Shown here: positions 7,001-12,385 of the stretch, in pieces
Layout of the letters: each line of letters opens with the position of its first letter
How positions within the stretch are numbered: the first letter of the stretch is position 1
DNA from: a virus
DNA: 25,218 nt
Virus record (IMG/VR): IMGVR_UViG_3300032038_000603
Coordinates: 1 to 25,218 of that record
Direction: 5' to 3' (one strand)
Position numbers and translations under genes: made by a program
The notes under the pieces: model-generated
Told to the model about the DNA's origin: nothing
Seen by the model: only the letters and a program-made list of their open reading frames with translations
Database searches by the model: none

Positions 7001-9503
7001 TGCTCAAGATAGCTGGATTAAGAATGAAGATATTTCATTTAACCAAGCTGGTAAGCTTTATAATGGATTAGGAATTGAGGTAATTCATTTAGATGAGATT
7101 AATTTCTCTAGTCCTACTTTAGATTCTATTGGAATTAATCCACAACAATATAAGTTAAGATTCCATGAACAAGCACAAGTTCCTATGCTTACTTTATCTT
7201 ATGCAAGTCTTTCAGATTTACATGAAATAGAGTTTGTATATCCTGAAACAATTTACAGTTATACTTGTAAATATTATCAGTATCAAGCAATTCCAGTTAA
7301 TCTTTTAGGCACGGCCGCATTTACTTGTTCTATTTCAGATTGGAATCCAGATTGGGAGAAATTCATAGAAACTTCTTGGCGGCAAGCTGAATTAATAGAT
7401 TATGGATATCTTCAAACTAAAAATACTGTAGATCCTCATTATTTAGTTGTTTATTCTGAATCAGATGATTCTTCAGCATCTGTAATTACTTATCCAACAG
7501 ACGGTAAAACTGTTTTAAGAATTACTGGGCCAATGACTCAACAATTTTATCCAGTGCAAAGTTGTGATAATGATTCAATTGTTGGTTATGTTAAAGCTAG
7601 AGATTCAGATTATTATCAATTAATTTCTGAATATGGAGGAACTATTACTGCTGATGTTGAACCAATTCTTTATAGAGATACAGAATTAGTATTAACTTGG
7701 GATTATTTTGGATTTGATAAAAACCTTTATAAACCATTAGGTTTTGGAGATGGTATTTATCTTTGGAATCCAAGACCTTGGAATAAAGATAATATTCAAT
7801 TTACATTTAATGAATTAGTTAGATGTGGAACACAATATGTTGTATATCCACCATTTGATCCTAATACTTATAAATTATGGAATCAACCTAATTATTTAGG
7901 AGTATATTATACTGTTTATCATACAGAAGGTTCTAACGAAATTAGGTATATTAAGAATCGTGGTATTAGTATTAATATGGCAGGAACATATGACTATTTT
8001 GAACCAGGAGAATATAGCGAACATAAAATTTATGACATTTATACTTCTGGGGAAATGACAAGACCATTTGTAAAAACAAGTGATACTTTAGACACTTCTG
8101 AAGATACATCTTACACTACTAGAACTTGGAATAGTGCATTATATTGGTATGATAATCGAGATGAATCTAATTCTCATACAACTGGTTATGTTCTTCCTTA
8201 TGTAGGAACTTGGGATTCAAGAAGTGGAAATATTCAAACTTTACTTGATAACCCAGAAATTGGAGATAGTTATTTTTATACATTCTCTAACTTTAGAAGT
8301 AGTCCTACTGTTGTTCTTGGTCTTGGTAATGAATATCTTAATAAAATTTCAAGATATTATTTACTTAAGAATATGAGCAGCACAATGTATGATGCAGATT
8401 GGCTTCGTATATATGATAATACTAATATTAACAGATACGCACTTGGTAAAGGTAGAGCAGATAAATATCTTATGACTGCAGATCCATATACCAATAATGT
8501 TATTCAAGGTGATAATGATTATGAACATTTAAGAGGTATTATTTATGACAATATAGCTTATGAGAACTTTATGATGATTCACTATTGGGTCCCAGTTCCA
8601 AAAGGTGTGAGATACAATTGGAATAATCAAGAAGAAAGAATCCCAGATAATGGATTATTTGATTTATTAACTGGTGATTTTGCTAGAAGCTATAGATTAA
8701 CCGATGGTGCTATTAAGCCTTATAGCGATTATCCTAATACTTTACAGCCAACTAGAGATGGTAATGATTTAATCTTCTTAAGAAATCAAACTGTTAATGA
8801 GAATAATGCATACAACTATTTTGCTAATAAAGAATTTGAGTATGAAACTATTAATACTATTTATCAAACAAATACGGCTGTTCAAACTTATAATTGGCCA
8901 GATACTTATGCAAATAGAATGTATAATCTTGCTCAATATACAGTTGTTCCAGGGACTAAATATGTTGATCCGCAAGCTAATTTGATTACAGGTAGTTGGG
9001 TGTTTGCTGGAAATCAATGGATTCCAGAGAATGCTTTAACTCCTGCTTCTGGAGATGTAGTTAATAGATTTACTTATACTAATGAAAAACAAACATTATG
9101 TTTAAGACCTACTCAATATGATAGCACTGTTAAAGCTTATCCAAATCCTGGTTATTTAAATGAAGATGGAGTTGATTATGGTTCTAATCCAATAGTAGTA
9201 GATTCTTATTGCACTTGTTATTCAACTTCTCTCCAAAGGGTTCAAGCTTACTTTATAGGAGATGGTTGGGTTTCTGCATCTCAAAGTCAAAACAGAGTGG
9301 TTGAAGATGGAACTAATTATGTAGTTGCAGTGAATACAAATTATTACCAGTATCCAATAGAGGATAATAATTACTTAATTGATCAATATCATTATGGTGA
9401 TAGAATTACCTCTATTCACACATTATATGCGGATAGTGATTGGATTTATACTGGTATAGGATGGATTAAGAAAACAGCTAATAACTTATCAATAGTTGAA
9501 TAA
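660..9503 (+). CDS. Giant (2947 aa) tail-tip adhesin-like protein: Dit N-domain-like head fused to MucBP-like repeats, three lectin/jelly-roll-like modules and SH3b-like domains
   Basis: The ORF is 8844 nt with no interruption. GGAGG at 649-653 lies 6 nt before ATG 660 (the track starts it at TTG 657). It is translationally coupled to the upstream ORF (TGATG). Domain calls come from motif reading, detailed in the sub-features. Confidence 0.9.
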   Translation: MLINNIELSSLGIKLYDRVITSNQVNTKEAWLDGDIQPTPIRQQDSFKDIRLSFLVLGNDEDDAFLRISKLTRLLKKATLKFDDLDYYFDVSMTGKAEPQRLKNGNFVVDYSFTSDYAKGEREIYTTDANYTSSFKLTILYYQNSTTLLSTDSITVRAAMFEDTGNTFASIGIDANKYRPNYYQEGIATNLGGREITYENLQSLGTLIINYAPIAYNLTINYFMDNGTGIYQDMFVSNIQFTYPQLQNIQSIGQLVDVKSYKPEGYLGRIAFTGALTVENLLAVSPIYVFYDQLENDLSKSITVSYLKEDDDGTYSTVGALTKVFKQSDFTDGMTLGEILNVNAYRPTATYYNEGYIEDHSLTELITYEDLKVSYEIKYAKSTNIVFVEYYVGVYPGWYRVSTTTLRTVYKESYEESFSLSDINLDLNKYHTSEYQSGVLYNGSIYDSYDAVISGGVLQVYYEPINYTIQVGYWVPEEEPIVEDVVINALDFLGDPVLSDIIPIASHRPEGFQFDAFLSYDGPITLAGLTQASPINIYYEEIVAARTKNIILKYKQELASTFATINTSIITINEADTINGIRLKDVFNMNLYKPDYYENGILDGYSSTALLNFDEIESAYTVVYMASTFITPVRYYTDDVDDLNWIGSSSISYKVIDFTIDTTLYDLGFNINAYKPSYCDDGELQYHGPINFESLRNLTSLNVVYETIMEPGGDLDYPHRFLFLEHNDLGDYEYLHPNWTMNHAYINTGVSVEDMSKLTVVMECERVDNDVPLHNVNAGFGYLFGSQSALGSYYMRFNNQTQYGENLTGVNTYEAQAGLYSDALVQAESSAIGFSANSGIYAIERPGYSTAVFTYSNTMASEAAQMPYPLYLFANNNAGQYEEGLAGIGIYSCRIYYNGALIRDYIPVQFYDKIGDQVAPSNCLYDKITGTFFEDATGQNSFNIRDDERYTDTNLDHKIGHCYVNYYKGETFMQNVAYYFRASDFVDQIFDPYEKFQIDLYQPSYYKSGEIVNVENLVWDFDNMNNAVYTVVYPEQANTITVRYYTENSVGVRTLIEEETIGISEQDFYQAPTFGDIVRINKYKPEGYETDFVYPGTKVSLTRVVDHSPYEIVYKIADRELETYTTIIRYIKKVYGIRTYETIASEVLTLDETQFRDGEYIDFYIDKNLHKPANFYKDGEPYQWYEMDEKLDTPSKLKEIYTIVYQVDTTYLDVNYYKNSVSSENLIASTTWGINIDVFEPGIPIYVLDTIPNEYINKYKPSNCNGGQIQNSSTAYQTFADLAAIEEIAIVYEETTQPHDPESLSYEQKVLYWGEVNEEDYFDDINGNTHFYGGRIPYIDLGYKPKDLSRLRVELKGYARPWGIGSNTAQYMYQDLGYTYFFGYYGPLGESYLGTSGASRDGVAASTSANGTPRGSAVSPSSSGCFGFRCRIPQAGGYVYSAAGPQSIDGQTYYRAGDGIGVISGDPHLKYTGIEAVYRKGKYSDYDDNYNVIKGFSNYGFTRTDEEDLREIITDFDRVPNWCINRATGGTDRIRTACGNPYTIILDAYNKYGAEWRESDSNTPTTYIFDESEDNPLFENICQPKGTLSLFQTTNPDTGNVNIMAFNPTVMPFLGSSSSLNLSNNALGNPYDRDFSTSVSYTTWVITGTKQSSEVEQEKPGTIVMEQKTESRNINYATFPVPAFPQMTGCAIWGIKIYDQDRLVRNLIPVAQGDQVYDYVMPANGLFDLVTEIFFGNSNKGGTYTYDSYLAPQTGGPVHSVRTIEANEVLPLNCILDPTIFGKTIANYYDYDNTFITNQFVNVPTWYNKANENLEDILQFNDYKPDDFHLDGLLDLDVDLSFQNMSLADIYLMGALNIYYKLRNFTKTVVYYRDNVRIGSRDIFYSLEDIENATSLADLNIDVDLFYNEDFAHGRLVFDESIIENDDIEAFIDAPSPIVVYDKLTKQEAPNLLYVEYYRQGAYDDTLITVNENSPNYLDCNLSAVVLNPNGAIKYYNHYHTALYEDEDYDYFIPYQVYVRNKFAGIHRGPARKFPTLAMIVENDNYTIIEERNGWGRLDEYQAGWILLNQTDPITGPGQNPDYDVADQETATIPFGSTITITKMTIDRLWCYCPAQDSWIKNEDISFNQAGKLYNGLGIEVIHLDEINFSSPTLDSIGINPQQYKLRFHEQAQVPMLTLSYASLSDLHEIEFVYPETIYSYTCKYYQYQAIPVNLLGTAAFTCSISDWNPDWEKFIETSWRQAELIDYGYLQTKNTVDPHYLVVYSESDDSSASVITYPTDGKTVLRITGPMTQQFYPVQSCDNDSIVGYVKARDSDYYQLISEYGGTITADVEPILYRDTELVLTWDYFGFDKNLYKPLGFGDGIYLWNPRPWNKDNIQFTFNELVRCGTQYVVYPPFDPNTYKLWNQPNYLGVYYTVYHTEGSNEIRYIKNRGISINMAGTYDYFEPGEYSEHKIYDIYTSGEMTRPFVKTSDTLDTSEDTSYTTRTWNSALYWYDNRDESNSHTTGYVLPYVGTWDSRSGNIQTLLDNPEIGDSYFYTFSNFRSSPTVVLGLGNEYLNKISRYYLLKNMSSTMYDADWLRIYDNTNINRYALGKGRADKYLMTADPYTNNVIQGDNDYEHLRGIIYDNIAYENFMMIHYWVPVPKGVRYNWNNQEERIPDNGLFDLLTGDFARSYRLTDGAIKPYSDYPNTLQPTRDGNDLIFLRNQTVNENNAYNYFANKEFEYETINTIYQTNTAVQTYNWPDTYANRMYNLAQYTVVPGTKYVDPQANLITGSWVFAGNQWIPENALTPASGDVVNRFTYTNEKQTLCLRPTQYDSTVKAYPNPGYLNEDGVDYGSNPIVVDSYCTCYSTSLQRVQAYFIGDGWVSASQSQNRVVEDGTNYVVAVNTNYYQYPIEDNNYLIDQYHYGDRITSIHTLYADSDWIYTGIGWIKKTANNLSIVE
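1060..2790 (+). repeat. Array A: seven tandem ~77-85-codon beta-rich repeats (MucBP-like), each carrying a Y(K/R/H)P..(Y/F) motif
   Basis: The motif Tyr/His codons fall at 1191, 1440, 1692, 1947, 2178, 2433 and 2679. The motifs are KYRPNYY, SYKPEGY, AYRPTATYY, KYHTSEY, SHRPEGF, LYKPDYY and AYKPSYC. Each repeat is flanked by V.Y / I.YY strand-like motifs. The copies are diverged at the nucleotide level. Confidence 0.7.
2800..3500 (+). other. Module J1: lectin/jelly-roll-like domain ending in ...LYLFANNNAG..IGIYSCRIYYNGALIRDYIPV...CLYDKITGTFFEDATGQNSF
   Basis: Its C-terminal signature (LFa.n....iy..kIy..g.l(I/V)R(D/N)(Y/L)IPV....G(L)(Y/F)D..t..FF.n.g) is shared with J2 and J3. I recall the signature from uncharacterised phage tail-associated proteins but cannot name the family. 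Confidence 0.4.
3540..4545 (+). repeat. Array B: four more MucBP-like repeats (LYQPSYY, KYKPEGY, LHKPANFY, KYKPSNC)
   Basis: It has the same Y(K/Q)P motif and V.YY strand pattern as array A, read from the translation. Confidence 0.65.
4590..5920 (+). other. Module J2: second lectin/jelly-roll-like domain with a large Gly/Ser-rich insertion
   Basis: It starts YWGEVNEEDYFDDINGNTHFYGGRIPYIDLGYKP and ends CAIWGIKIYDQDRLVRNLIPVAQGDQVYDYVMPANGLFDLVTEIFFGNSNKGGTY. The end is parallel to the J1 C-terminal signature. Confidence 0.4.
6010..6700 (+). repeat. Array C: about three degenerate copies of the same repeat (DYKPDDF plus weaker copies)
   Basis: The strand motifs IANYYDYD, KTVVYYRDN and LLYVEYYRQG recur at repeat spacing. 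Only the first copy retains a clear YKP motif. Confidence 0.4.
6708..7040 (+). other. Two SH3b-like domains inside the giant ORF
   Basis: VYVRNKFAGIHRGPARKFPTLAMIVENDNYTIIEERNGWGRLDEYQAGWILLN is a typical bacterial SH3 pattern (G.W..v....GW(I/V)). A weaker second copy follows: TITITKMTIDRLWCYCPAQDSWIKNEDI. Confidence 0.5.
7930..8710 (+). other. Module J3: third, more diverged copy of the J-type module
   Basis: It ends ...IIYDNIAYENFMMIHYWVPVPKGVRYNWNNQEERIPDNGLFDLLTGDFARSY. It shares the PV....NGLFDL.T..F signature with J2. The start boundary is uncertain. Confidence 0.3.
8925..9490 (+). other. C-terminal triplet of SH3-like / cell-wall-binding-like units
   Basis: Three units each end in an aromatic-Gly-Trp motif: GSWVFAGNQWIPENAL, YFIGDGWVSASQS and WIYTGIGWIKKTANNL. 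Confidence 0.35.
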
Positions 9504-9514
9504 GGGAGGCAAAT

Positions 9515-9865
9515 ATGGAGAATTATTATCCAATTGAATTCGATAATAATGGTAGCAGTTTCACTATCACAAATAATGGAACTGCTCCAGCTCCTTGCCT
9601 GATAACTTTTATACCTCAAGTAGATTTCATCACTCTTTCCATTACTGGATTGAGTGATGAACCTATAGAGGTAAGTGGAATTCGAGCTAATGATGTCTTG
9701 GTCATTGATGGAGAGAATAGACAAGTCCTTCTCAATGATCAAGATTATTTTAGCCATTATAATGGTTGGGAATTCCCAAAGTTGCAGCCAGGAGTGAATG
9801 AAATTAGAATCCCTAGTGGATCATTGGCTAATATTCAAATAGAATATAATGCGAGGTATATCTAA
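9515..9865 (+). CDS. Dit C-terminal-domain-like protein (116 aa)
   Basis: GGGAGG lies upstream of ATG 9515. The sequence FTITNNGTAPAPCLITF...ITGLSDEPIEVSG.RANDVLVIDGENRQVLLNDQD...FPKLQPGVNEIRIP...IQIEYNARYI matches the siphoviral Dit/Sipho_tail C-half pattern (N.G....P.i.i......gd.l.iD......v.lng......f..L.pG.N.i......i.y...y). Confidence 0.55.
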   Translation: MENYYPIEFDNNGSSFTITNNGTAPAPCLITFIPQVDFITLSITGLSDEPIEVSGIRANDVLVIDGENRQVLLNDQDYFSHYNGWEFPKLQPGVNEIRIPSGSLANIQIEYNARYI

Positions 9866-10896
9866 TGTTCAAAATATATGATACTAATAAGCATTTTCTT
9901 ATGCTTTTAGATTCCTGCCAAGATATTCATACTATTGAACAATTAGCCACAGGGACAAGAAACCTAGAGTTTTATGCCCCAGTTAATGACATAAATTTAG
10001 CCAATTTAGTAGAGGAAAACTACCTCGAGACCGCAGATTATAGCTACATAATTAAAGAAGTGATAATGAATGATAATTCCTTCTTTAAGGTATTTTGTAT
10101 AGCTAATTATGAAGAATTGGCTGGAATCAATTTTGAAGTATTCGATTTATATAGATTAAACCTACAACAAGGTTATGAATATTGTATAAGCCAAGCTCCA
10201 GAATGGTCTATTGATTATAGAAGTGGGAATAGGACAATGATTACTTATCAAGAACCTAATAAGTCAGGTTTTGAGATGATCAAGACCATTGCCGCAGATA
10301 ACAATCAAGAGCTTTGGTTTGATACAAAAAATAAGAAGGTGATTATTTACGATCAAGGTCAAATGGGGAAAGAGATTGGAACTTATTATTCAAACGAATT
10401 GAAGCTCCAACAATTATCCAAACAATCATCTTCTTATGAATATTGCACTGTCCTCTATCCTTATGGAAAAGACGGACTTAATATATCTTCAGTTAATGGA
10501 GGAAAGAAATATCTTACTAATAACATATACACAAACAAATACATCGAGAAGGTATGGGTCGATGAGAAGTATGAGTATGCTGAAGATTTAAAGAAGGCTG
10601 CTGAAATGTATCTTGAAGAACTTGCACAGCCTAAATGTAGTTATAAGTTAAAGCTTTCTTCTATTGGCGATGAAGTTCAATTAGGAGATACCATTTTCCT
10701 AGTTGATAAACTCAAGAGGATTAAACAAAAGCAGAGAGTTGTTAAGATAGTAAGATATCCAAAGCAACCTGAAAAATCTGTAATTGAAATATCTAACTTG
10801 AGATTAGATTTTACTACAACATATTTAAAAAACCAGGAAAAGATAAAACAAGATATAGATTACATAAAGAAGCAAATTGATTTGTTGAGACAATAA
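9865..10896 (+). CDS. Tail-associated (Tal) N-terminal gp27-like baseplate hub protein / phage minor structural protein N-terminal region (343 aa, short form)
   Basis: It has an ATG/TAA overlap with the upstream ORF and sits immediately after the Dit-like gene. The sequence MFKIYDTNKHFLMLLDS...TGTRNLEFYAP...YIIKEV... fits the prophage-tail N-terminal family pattern. Confidence 0.6.
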   Translation: MFKIYDTNKHFLMLLDSCQDIHTIEQLATGTRNLEFYAPVNDINLANLVEENYLETADYSYIIKEVIMNDNSFFKVFCIANYEELAGINFEVFDLYRLNLQQGYEYCISQAPEWSIDYRSGNRTMITYQEPNKSGFEMIKTIAADNNQELWFDTKNKKVIIYDQGQMGKEIGTYYSNELKLQQLSKQSSSYEYCTVLYPYGKDGLNISSVNGGKKYLTNNIYTNKYIEKVWVDEKYEYAEDLKKAAEMYLEELAQPKCSYKLKLSSIGDEVQLGDTIFLVDKLKRIKQKQRVVKIVRYPKQPEKSVIEISNLRLDFTTTYLKNQEKIKQDIDYIKKQIDLLRQ

Positions 10897-10979
10897 ATCT
10901 ATTGAAAATGCTTAAAATTTAAGGGCTTTCGTCTTGAGTCAGAGGTTTAATTTTTGCGCTGGTCTCCAACCCTTTTGTA

Positions 10980-10988
10980 TGCTATAAT
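10980..10988 (+). promoter_or_regulatory. Extended -10 promoter candidate (TGcTATAAT) reading toward attP and the integrase
   Basis: TGCTATAAT is read at 10980-10988. I see no good -35 element. Confidence 0.3.
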
Positions 10989-11071
10989 GCCTAGAGTCAA
11001 GAGGTCATAGTCCTAAATCAGTCAAGCTGTCTTGTTGATTTTAAAGATATTAAAGATAGATTGGTGGGTAG

Positions 11072-11121
11072 TTTGACTGGCAGTCAGGAGGTCACGAGTT
11101 CGAGCCTCGTACGCTCCACCA
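11072..11121 (+). other. 3' portion of a tRNA-Ala(GGC)-like gene (anticodon arm to CCA): putative attP core, not a complete tRNA
   Basis: The parts are: anticodon stem TTTGA/TCAGG (two G-U pairs), loop CTGGCAG (U33, GGC, A37), variable AGGTC, T-arm ACGAG-TTCGAGC-CTCGT, acceptor 3' strand ACGCTCC with U70, discriminator A, and CCA. No D-arm and no matching 5' acceptor strand lie upstream. A tmRNA 3' end (also ...CTCCACCA) is an alternative reading. Confidence 0.6.
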
Positions 11122-11202
11122 CCTAGTATTTTCAATACTTTATTGAGGTTAAAGACCTCTTGACTAGAAGCTTATTTATAAGGAGTCAGGAGGTCTTTAA
11201 TT

Positions 11203-12099
11203 ATGATTACAATGAAACCAGTATCAAAATCCATTGAAGAAACTTTTGAAGATTTTATTAATTCTAAAAGAGCAAATGGAATAAGGAATAAAACTCTTCA
11301 GACGTATTCTCAGCAATTCCATACAATTAGCAAGGAATTAACTGTAGAAAAGCAAATTGAAGAGCTTTCCAAAAAAGATTTAGAGAATGTAATTTTAGCC
11401 TTGAGAAATAGAGGATTATCCCCCAATTCTATTCGAAGTTATACTGCAACTTTACAATCTTTTTTGTCTTGGTGTAATGATGAAGGTCTAACAGATCTTA
11501 AAATCAAAAAATATAAAGGCCAAGAGTCAATCAAAACAACTTACACAAACGAAGAACTTGTTAAACTTTTAAAGAGACCCGATCGGAAATCCTGTACATT
11601 TTGTGAATATAGAAATTGGGTCATCATCAACTTATTGCTTAATTCTGGTTGTAGAGCTGCTACTATTCGTAATATAAGAATTCAAGATATCAATTTGGAT
11701 GAAGGAATTATTAGTTACAGACATACAAAGAATGGTTCTTCTCAAATTGTGCCTTTGTGCCAGGAGATGAAGAAAATATTGAAAGATTATTTAAAAGTAA
11801 GAGGAGGTTCTCAAACTGATTTTCTCTTTCCAAAAGAGAATGAAGAACAAATGACAGAGAACGGTTTATCTGAAGCCATTCGAAGATATAACAGAAAAAG
11901 AGGCGTTGAAAAAACTTCAATTCATTTGTTTAGACATTCATTTGCGGAAAGGTATCTTAGGGCAGGCGGAAACGCATTTGATTTACAAAGAATTTTGGGT
12001 CACTCGACTCTAGATATGACAAAGCACTATTGCCGCATTTACGATACTGAATTAATGAAAAATTATGATTCTTTATCTCCTTTACAGAGATTGGTTTAA
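11203..12099 (+). CDS. int: Tyrosine recombinase / phage integrase
   Basis: GGAGG at 11189-11193 precedes the start. An N-terminal SAM-like domain is present (TLQTYSQQF...IRSYTATLQSFLSW). The catalytic pattern is R (CRAATIRNI), H-x-x-R (HLFRHSF) and H...Y (LGHSTLDMTKHY). Confidence 0.9.
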   Translation: MITMKPVSKSIEETFEDFINSKRANGIRNKTLQTYSQQFHTISKELTVEKQIEELSKKDLENVILALRNRGLSPNSIRSYTATLQSFLSWCNDEGLTDLKIKKYKGQESIKTTYTNEELVKLLKRPDRKSCTFCEYRNWVIINLLLNSGCRAATIRNIRIQDINLDEGIISYRHTKNGSSQIVPLCQEMKKILKDYLKVRGGSQTDFLFPKENEEQMTENGLSEAIRRYNRKRGVEKTSIHLFRHSFAERYLRAGGNAFDLQRILGHSTLDMTKHYCRIYDTELMKNYDSLSPLQRLV

Positions 12100-12102
12100 A
12101 AA

Positions 12103-12137
12103 AGACCCAGCTTTGATTAGCTGGGTCTTTTTTTTTT
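12103..12137. terminator. Bidirectional rho-independent terminator between the integrase and the minus-strand gene
   Basis: Stem AGACCCAGC (12103-12111) pairs with GCTGGGTCT (12120-12128). An A-run lies upstream and a T-run at 12128-12137. Confidence 0.8.
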
Positions 12138-12324
12138 ATTGCCTAGTGTGCAGGTATTTATCTGTATCAGACATTGCTATTTCGAATGACTTCTGGATGA
12201 GATCGAGAGGTTTAACTTTCTCACCTCCCATCTTGGTGATGAGTTCATTTTGCTTATCAATAATTTTGAAATAGTTCTTTGGGACTGTGATAATGTTGGT
12301 ATCAAGATCGAGTGTAATTTTCAT
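12136..12324 (-). CDS. Hypothetical 62-aa protein, the only minus-strand gene (candidate regulator or excision factor)
   Basis: On the minus strand, AAAGGAGG lies 7-8 nt before the ATG. The gene has its own sigma70-like promoter and a palindromic operator. I recognise no family motif. Confidence 0.65.
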   Translation of the reverse strand: MKITLDLDTNIITVPKNYFKIIDKQNELITKMGGEKVKPLDLIQKSFEIAMSDTDKYLHTRQ

Positions 12325-12345
12325 TTGGTTAACCTCCTTTGTGAA

Positions 12346-12363
12346 TTAATATAATTATATTAA
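12346..12363. promoter_or_regulatory. Perfect 18-bp palindrome TTAATATAATTATATTAA overlapping the -10 of the minus-strand promoter (operator candidate)
   Basis: Read directly: TTAATATAA is the reverse complement of TTATATTAA. Confidence 0.6.
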
Positions 12364-12385
12364 CTCTTTTTTGTGTGTAGTGCAA
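12357..12385 (-). promoter_or_regulatory. Sigma70-like promoter for the 62-aa gene (TTGCAC-17-TAATAT on the minus strand)
   Basis: The -35 is the reverse complement of 12380-12385 and the -10 is the reverse complement of 12357-12362. The spacer is 17 nt. Confidence 0.6.

Larger units (their letters stand above)
10937..11200. repeat. Cluster of five AGTCA(A/G)GAGGTC-type 12-mers (four direct, one inverted): putative integrase binding sites / attP
   Basis: The copies are at 10937-10950 (AGTCAGAGGTTTAA, one base short), 10995-11006 (AGTCAAGAGGTC), 11082-11093 (AGTCAGGAGGTC, inside the tRNA fragment), 11149-11165 (inverted, rc = AGTCAAGAGGTCTTTAA) and 11184-11200 (AGTCAGGAGGTCTTTAA). Confidence 0.7.

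Noticed and set aside
660-9503. Diversity-generating retroelement or other targeted hypervariation of the giant adhesin
   Set aside because: There is no reverse transcriptase gene anywhere in the unit. I could not find a template/variable repeat pair. The internal repeats are old and diverged at the nucleotide level.
3027-9757. Track ORFs overlapping or antisense to the giant gene (3027..3254-, 3097..3363+, 3708..3980-, 5577..5759-, 8778..9017-, 8797..8985+, 9446..9757-)
   Set aside because: They are low-complexity Ile/Leu/Ser/Asn-rich translations typical of off-frame AT-rich DNA. None has an RBS, and all are fully embedded in a well-supported long ORF.
11063-11121. A complete but D-armless 59-nt tRNA (GGTGGGT as the 5' acceptor strand)
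   Set aside because: The would-be acceptor stem has two mismatches against ACGCTCC (T3-T70 and G5-G68). No D-arm can be drawn. A partial tRNA next to an integrase is better explained as an attP core.
12065-12274. Plus-strand 69-aa ORF downstream of the integrase
   Set aside because: It runs straight through the bidirectional terminator and is antisense to the RBS-supported 62-aa gene. It has no RBS.
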